Below are positions 54,411-64,000 of a stretch of DNA of 64,000 nt, piece by piece. The stretch lies in contig OX597829.1 of NCBI GenBank assembly GCA_951406725.2, positions 558,001 through 622,000 of the forward strand, written 5' to 3'. The notes below the pieces were generated by a model, which saw nothing but the letters and a program-made list of their open reading frames with translations, did not search any database and was not told where the DNA came from. The stretch comes from Octopus vulgaris. Taxonomy: Eukaryota. Every line of letters starts with the position of its first letter. The stretch's first letter is position 1. A program made the position numbers and the translations under genes.

Positions 54411-55027
54411 TAAGAACCTTCAGAAAGTGCTACACGCTGTTTAGCAGTGGAAAGCAATCCTTACTGATAGCTGATCCGATGGGAATTTCTACTTCGATGG
54501 TCAAATTTTTTTGTTCCCGACCATAATGTTGTATTTGAAATCTGCTCATACATTTACACTGCCGTTGTTATTTATATCATACGCTGCGTTCCCCAATATC
54601 GTGTTGAAAGATAAATGGTGGGAGTTGTATATTCCACACATAGGGGTAACATATTTCTGTCACCCCTATGTATAATATACATTTTGTATAAAGTAATTTC
54701 TTGGTTCGTTTTTCATTCTTTCTTTCTTTTTTTTCTTATTGAGATAAAGTAACCTATGTGAATTTCTATGGAATTTTCCTGACATGCCCCGTGGACAAAT
54801 AATAATACGAAGCTCTGAAAGGTATTCGATAATAAATAGTGTATTTATGTTTTTATTCCTTGGCCGTTGGGGATGCTTTTCACAATGAGAATACACATGT
54901 GAAGAATTAGCGCTAAAGTGGCTTAATTCTGGGTGTAGTTAAAGAGTGAAGATATATCTATGTTTGAAATTTTCAATGTTTCTTTATGTTATCTTCGTAT
55001 TTCAACAAGAACTTGTTATTATTATTT

Positions 55028-55078
<51 letters not shown>

Positions 55079-55142
55079 TGTGTGCGTGTGTGTATGTATA
55101 TATATTATATGAATATATATAGATATATATGTATATATATCT

Positions 55143-55186
<44 letters not shown>

Positions 55187-55206
55187 GTACACGTACACAC
55201 ACAAGC

Positions 55207-55298
<92 letters not shown>

Positions 55299-55309
55299 TG
55301 TATATATAT

Positions 55310-55378
<69 letters not shown>

Positions 55379-55627
55379 ATATCGGTAGGGTTTCTTGAAA
55401 ATCATTTAGATATTTCGTATGTCATTGTTGATATATTTATTTCTAATTTGCTGGGACTCAAATCGGGTTAACTCTTATCATGTATATTGTGTAGCCTCAT
55501 ATACTGAGTGAGCGATGTTGTATACACTCAGAAACATTGATATACGCATATATATCAAGTTATATACATATATGTATATGTGTGTGTATATGTATATACA
55601 TACATACATACACATATATTAATATAT

Positions 55628-55680
<53 letters not shown>

Positions 55681-55698
55681 CATACGTATATATATATG

Positions 55699-55736
<38 letters not shown>

Positions 55737-56618
55737 ATTATATGCATATATGTACAAGTATACATCTGTACATATGTGTATACATATAGCATACACATAT
55801 ATACATACACACTTTCATATGGATAATATGTATATATATGCATACATATATGTTCATTTATACAAATATATACGTCTGTTTATATTTGGGATTATACATA
55901 CGTATATACAAAATAAAGACATTGTCTTTGTCTCTCTGTTGCTTTGCATTTTATATTTTTTCCTTTTTTCTTTATATATTCGGTTATTGCTTTGGGTTTT
56001 ATATATTATCTGACATCTATCTTCTTCAGTTGTTTCAAATGTAACCATTCTCAGAATCCGCTTCCTTACATTTCTCTTACACGTGCCATAAGTTTTCTGT
56101 AGTCTTTTGTGTCGCCTGTCAAAATCTTCGGCTAGCTGAGACTTTATCTATCTGCGTCTCTTATCGTTAATATATTTTGCATCTTGTTTGAATTCTCTTT
56201 CAGTAATTTATTTTTGAATTCGCTTACTTTCTTGTTCGTCTCTTTACAATCATTACATTTCTTATTTATGATTTTTTTTTTTATCTTGGTTTCATTTTCC
56301 TTATATCTTCTGTTTTAAATTTACTTTTAACTATGCTTCAATCACGAATTTAACTCTTTTCTTGATATCTATTCTGTTTTCGTTTTTTTTTTTATTATTA
56401 TTATTTTTTGCTGTAAATCCCCGTTTCAAATCTTATGAGACAAATTCAGTTTAAACAGCTTTATTTAGTACGAGAAAGACTTCAAGTTTTACAAACTTCC
56501 ATTATGACTTTTAGCAATAACGTATTATATTTTCATATTAGTTTAATGATGATAAATTTTTACTTTATTATTATCAATATTCTTTTCATTATTATGGTTG
56601 TTGTTGTTTAGGTATTGC

Positions 56619-56685
<67 letters not shown>

Positions 56686-56689
56686 TGTA

Positions 56690-56894
56690 ATTCTTTCTAC
56701 TATAGACCCAAGACTTGAAATTTTGGAGGAGGGGACTAGTCGATTACATCGATCCCAGAATTTAACTGGTACTTAATTTATCGATGATAAAAGGCGAAGT
56801 TGATCTTGGCGAAATTTGAACTCAGAACGAAAAGACAGACGAAATACCGTAAAGCATTTCGCCCGGCGTGCTAACGATTCTACCAGCTCACCGC
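56690..56894 (-). mobile_element. SINE D1 within (AAT)n
   Basis: Reverse consensus, flanked by (AAT)n at 56620-56685 and 56895-57010. Confidence 0.85.
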
Positions 56895-58983
<2,089 letters not shown>

Positions 58984-58984
58984 C

Positions 58985-59089
58985 ATTAACCGGCCAATTA
59001 CTGAAGTGTGCAATCTGACAGAAAAATATGAAAACTGTTCACAATGCATAGAATGCATCACCCTAAGGCAGATATAGAACGACTTTATC
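58985..59089 (+). pseudogene. diverged ~105-bp internal fragment of the same LINE family
   Basis: CAATTACTGAA...ACAATGCATAGAATGCATCACCCTAAGGCAGATATAGAACGACT matches 57428-57533. Confidence 0.85.
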
Positions 59090-59314
59090 AGCTTTAGGAC
59101 AAGTGAGTCGTGACCAGAGTCAGATTACTTGAAACAATAAACGCAACAGTAGAACAATTAGGGGATGCTATGAGAATACAAGACATTGTTCCAAGTTCTA
59201 CTAATTATGATACTACGACTAAGTACAATATCCTTGGATAAAGAGTATCTGACAGGTGCCCATTACGTGCTTGAAGACGTAATTAGCGATTCTCTGGGAA
59301 AGCCAAAAATATCA

Positions 59315-59660
59315 CGAGGCGTTGTTATGTGATAAGAATCTTGCTTCTCAAACACATGGTTCTGGGTTCAGTGCCACTGCACATCACCTTTCGCAAATGT
59401 CTTCTACTATATTTGCGTGGGAGTGTGCGTGTGTGTGCGCACGCTCGTCTATGTGTGTCCCCCATCACCGTTGACAACTGGTGTTGGGTTTACGTCTTCG
59501 TAACATAGCGGCTCGGCAAAAGTAACCGATAAAATGAGTACTACTATTTAAAAAGAATAAATACTGGGGTCCATTTGTTCGTCTAAGAACCCCTTGAAGA
59601 CGGTGCCCAAGCATGGCCCCAGTCAAAATGACTGAAACGAGTGAAAGATAAAGATAGAAG
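59315..59660 (+). mobile_element. SINE family C, diverged
   Basis: ACATGGTTCTGGGTTCAGTGCCACTGC...GCATGGCCCCAGTCAAAATGACTGAAAC. Confidence 0.8.
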
Positions 59661-59739
59661 ATGAAAAAGAAATTAAACACCAAGACTCTTAACTGGTATG
59701 CAAAATAGACTCATGTCATTTTTCGAATTGAGTGCATAT

Positions 59740-59957
59740 ATTCTTTTCTACTGTAGGCACAAGGCCCGAAATTTTGGGGAAGGGCTCCAATCGATTAGAT
59801 CGACCCAAGTATGCAACAGGTACTTAACGTATCGACCTCGAAAGGATGAAAGGCAAAGTCAACCTCGGCGAAATCTGAACTCAGAACGTAAAGACAGACG
59901 AAATAACGCAACGCACTTCGCCTGACGTGCTAACGTTTCTTGCCAGCTCGCTGCCTT
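59740..59957 (-). mobile_element. SINE D1
   Basis: TTTTCTACTGTAGGCACAAGGCC...GAAAGGATGAAAGGC...GCCAGCTCGCTGCC. Confidence 0.85.
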
Positions 59958-60539
59958 TGAAGTAGTATATGTCGCAAACGATAAATGCACACTTGGCAAA
60001 AACTGCACCCTCGTTAACAGAAAACATTTTCGGAATCATAAGCGCTTACATAGTAAATTATTAATAAGACTGTAACTAAAGATTGTAGAAGGGAAAAGAA
60101 AAATTGCGGATCACTTAGAAGAAGATTTTTCTCCAACCGTAGATTCTTTTTTTTAAATAAGAGCCGTATGATAGCGAATGGTATCACTCATAATAAGTTG
60201 GTGCGTTAAACATGTCAATAGTAAGTTGATAGTTGTGTAGCAGATTAGAGAGAAGGAATTATGAAAAGTGAACTGACTCCTTTTATGGAACGAGAAAAAG
60301 TTATTCCTTGCTTATGAACGACATATGACAAAGCAGTTAGAAATCCTACTGCATATAGTGCATGGAAATGTACTGCGACATCATCTTGAGAACAGGAAAA
60401 TTGATATAAATCATTTGTCATGTTATATATCTGTATATGTGTATATGTGTGTATGTGTATGTATGTGTATGTATGTGTATGTATGTGTATGTGTGTGTGA
60501 GTGTGTGTGAGTGTGTGTATATATACATATATAATATAC

Positions 60540-60579
<40 letters not shown>

Positions 60580-60587
60580 GTATATTA

Positions 60588-60635
<48 letters not shown>

Positions 60636-60640
<5 letters not shown>

Positions 60641-60829
60641 TTATTATATAGAAGGAGCTTCTACAGGACTAGTACTGTTTCATTCAAGAGAAATCTTCAG
60701 AGCTTCCTGAAGATTTCTCTTGAATGAAACAGTATAGTCCTGTAAATCCTTCTATATAATAAATTAATTTTACTCTGCTATGTATTGAGTACCTTACTTA
60801 CTGTGGTTAACCCCGAATCAACCGGGACC

Positions 60830-60832
<3 letters not shown>
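60636..60832 (+). mobile_element. PLE-like foldback element with two inverted hammerhead cores
   Basis: Palindrome at 60639-60763; GAGCTTC-CTGAAGA (60707)-T-TTC-TCTT-GAA-T-GAAA-CAG..CTG-TA. Confidence 0.8.
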
Positions 60833-60884
<52 letters not shown>

Positions 60885-60886
<2 letters not shown>

Positions 60887-61188
60887 AGGCGTAATGGCCT
60901 AGTGGTTAGGGCAGCGGACTCGCGGTCGCAGGATCGCGGTTTCGATTCCCAGACCGGGCGTTGTGTGTGTTTATTGAACGAAAACACCTAAAAGCTCCAC
61001 GGGGCTCCGGCAGGGGGTGGTGATCCCTGCTGTACTCTTTCACCACTCTTTCTCCCACTCTTTCTTCTGTTGGCCTGCTCGCTTAGCCAGCGGGGTGGCG
61101 TTATTCGAAGGCTAAAGCAATGAGAACGCATTGTGACCAGCGATGTGTAACAACATCTGATGGTCTGGTTGGTCACGTGATCACGTGA
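60885..61188 (+). mobile_element. SINE family A, full length, in (TA)n
   Basis: Near-consensus copy; tail TCACGTGA x2. Confidence 0.92.
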
Positions 61189-61426
61189 TATATATATATA
61201 TTTACACATATATATATAAATTAGAGATAAAACCACTATTAGGCAAATCAAATAGTGAAAAATATAAACCAAAACATAAAAATAAAAATAATTAATATAA
61301 TTTACAACTATTTAAATTATTTAAATTTAAAATTATTAATTTGTATTTATATTTATATTTTTTTTATTATATATAACTATCAAAAAGTATTAAAAATGTT
61401 ATTATAAGTAAAACTTACATATATAA

Positions 61427-61490
<64 letters not shown>

Positions 61491-61574
61491 GTATGCATGT
61501 ATATATATATGCATGCATGTATGTATGTACGTATACATATATGTGTGTGTGTGTGTGTGTCCTTTTCTTGTATT

Positions 61575-61960
61575 GTACTTGTTTCCGTCATTAGACTACG
61601 GTGAAGCTGGGCCATGCCTTCAGGAATTTTAGACGAACGAATCGCCTCCAGTTCTTTTTTTTTTAAGCCTGGTATTTATCCAATCGCATTCGTTTGGCGA
61701 ACCGCCAAGTTACTTGACATAAAAAACAAACCGCTGATGTCCAGCGATGATGGGTAACATACACACACACATACACACGCGCACACACACATGTATGTGT
61801 GTCTATATATATATATACTACAAGCTTCTTTCAGTTTCCGCGTACCAAGTCCACTCACAAGATCTTGGTGAGCCCGATGCCATTGTAGAAGACACTTGCT
61901 GCAGGTGCCACGCAGTGGGACTGACCATATGGTTAGAAAACGAGTCTATTACCACATAGA
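61575..61960 (-). mobile_element. SINE family C, diverged
   Basis: GCTTCTTTCAGTTTCCG...GAAGACACTTGC..GGTGCCACGCAGTGGGACTGA. Confidence 0.75.
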
Positions 61961-61976
61961 CTCGACTGTTATGTGC

Positions 61977-62030
<54 letters not shown>

Positions 62031-63487
62031 CAAACAGAGGCAAATTAAATTGAAGACAGCAACTACAACATCACAAAACATTCAAATATCAACACCACAG
62101 TACCGCTTTTAGTGGTAACTATGAGCCAGTAATGGAGCCTCTGCATGGTCAACCAGGATACTAGAAATAGCAACCAATCTCCCATACGAGTACATTTGTG
62201 ACTCTCAAATCTACCATCTTTAAATCTGCCATTTTCGTTTACGATTCGTTTAGAAGAAGGCTGACATAACATTTAACGATTCTTAGGGCCTCCGAGACAA
62301 AAAAGATAAATCTGTGAAAAGTGTGCAAAGCACTAGATTATTTGTTTTGTGTGTTTGTAACAATAATCGTAATGCTTATATCCACTCTTGAGTTTATATT
62401 CCAATAGATTTGGCAAATTTTCCTGCAAATTTTTGCAACACTGAAAAGGCTCCAGAAGTCGAAATGCATCTGATGTTGACGCTGGCCGATGCAAGACGAG
62501 AATTTTCGTCTCTATCTGATATTCATTGCGTTTTTAACACAGCAAACCCATAAGAGATGTTATCTCAGGAGAAATACTTCAATAACTGGCTTATCACTAG
62601 TGTGTATACATTACGTATGCCACATAGATGGCTATTTTAAGTAAGCAGCGCATATACTAGATTTTGCGTCATTCGGACCGCTTTTCACAAAATCAGCGAA
62701 CGTTCTATTCTCTTTTTCTGCATCAACCGTTTATTTCTCATCTGTACATGTGGTTACTGCGAGTACCCGCCATTGAATACTCTCAAAAGAGTAGATCGGT
62801 GCTGGGCTGATGACCTCGAAATTTTTCAAGGTGTTACCCCAGCATAGCCACAGAAACAAGTAAAGGGTAAACAATAAATGTAAAGTGCTTTTTCCTTTCC
62901 CTTTTTTTTTTTTTTTAACCGAAGTTAATATAAATCCGGTCCTGAATGATTCTCAGTTAAATTTCCTGAAAAGAAAGAAGCAGCTGGATTGGTTTATAAC
63001 CTTTCAAAAAACATTGTCAAGTAGCCGCTGTTTCTTTAGTTATAAGCAGCAGCAACACTTTACATTGTATTCTGTCTCTCAACAGCTGACGCGTCTATTG
63101 TTTGTGTATCTCATAATTCGGGACAGTAACAGCACCACGCAATTGAACGTGAGGTTGTTAATGTGTAATCGCATATATATCTAACCGTCATTAGGAAAGT
63201 ACTTATTTCTGTTTTCTCCGGATGCCATATTCTTGAATTAATTTAAATTTCACCCACAAAATTTTACAGAAATCAACGCTTGTAAGAGAGCCTTTGGAAC
63301 TTTAAATTTAGTGAAAATCATAATTATTGCCAAAAAAAAAAAAGAAAGTGGTGGGGGTGCAAAAAGTAGGGGCATTTCCCAATCGCTTAGATACCAATCG
63401 GCAACTGTATTGGACCACCTGTAATCTATGAACCTTGCAACATGACTACCCGACGGAACTCGAGCTTTCGGTATTATGCTTTCGGTT

Positions 63488-63720
63488 AAGGCGGCGAGCT
63501 GGCAGAATCGTTTGCCCGCCGGGCGAAATTCTTAGCGGTATTTCGTCTGCCGTTACGTTCTGAGTTCAAATTCCGCCGAGGTCGACTTTGCCTTTCATCC
63601 TTTCGGGGTCGATTAAATAAGTACCAGTTACGCACTGGGGTCGATATAATCGACTTATTCCGTGTGTCTGTCCTTGTTTGTCCTCTCTGTGTTTAGCCCC
63701 TTGTGGGCAATAAAGAAATA
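63488..63720 (+). mobile_element. SINE D2, full length
   Basis: AAGGCGGCGAGCTGGCAGA...TAAAGAAATA; degenerate TSD TATTATGC. Confidence 0.92.
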
Positions 63721-64000
63721 GCTATTATGCAATCTCGTTGTTCACACCGCTCCGTTCTCAAATTTTCCCCCACCGAATTATGCTCTCACAGTTGATATAT
63801 TTTCAGTGGATCTTTCCGAGGATCTTTAAGTCACAACCAAAATAGATGTTCTTCCTTCTTACTAACCCACGTCACTCTTGTGCATAAGAACGCACGTAGG
63901 ACGGTGCTGTTTGAAGAGACTGTAACGTAAGAGGATTGTCGAGCTTTGCTTTAAGCACATACTTCATATACATACATATACACACATATAAATTATTTGT

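Noticed and set aside
60885-60960. tRNA gene
   Set aside because: tRNA-like head of SINE A; no acceptor stem or T-run terminator, and it continues into the SINE body in all copies
62804-62825. CTGATGA-CCTC-GAAA hammerhead
   Set aside because: No room for stem II; lies in a decayed SINE C tail

Overview
AT-rich eukaryotic (animal) intergenic or intronic DNA, most likely from an octopod cephalopod. That assignment is an inference from SINE families recalled from Octopus and the extreme microsatellite density. No host protein-coding exon could be supported, and nearly all ORF-track entries are microsatellite artefacts. The only real coding sequence is a 5'-truncated R4/Dong-type non-LTR retrotransposon (YMDD remnant, CCHC finger, restriction-like endonuclease) inside an (AAT)n tract at 57.0-58.8 kb. 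Two relics of related elements and a candidate non-autonomous (AAT)n-tailed partner also occur. The rest consists of dozens of tRNA-type SINE copies in about five families (labelled A-D and F here), hAT and 9-bp-TSD MITEs, a 5.8-kb 14-bp minisatellite and a 3-kb (CAT)n-(TAT)n-(CAT)n block. The most notable observations are: (i) at least four distinct families of minimal type-I hammerhead-ribozyme motifs, some in perfect foldbacks typical of Penelope-like elements; (ii) a 5S rRNA head fused by microhomology to a SINE body; (iii) a SINE that recurs as multimers with one fixed junction; (iv) a MITE carrying (CCCTAA)5.
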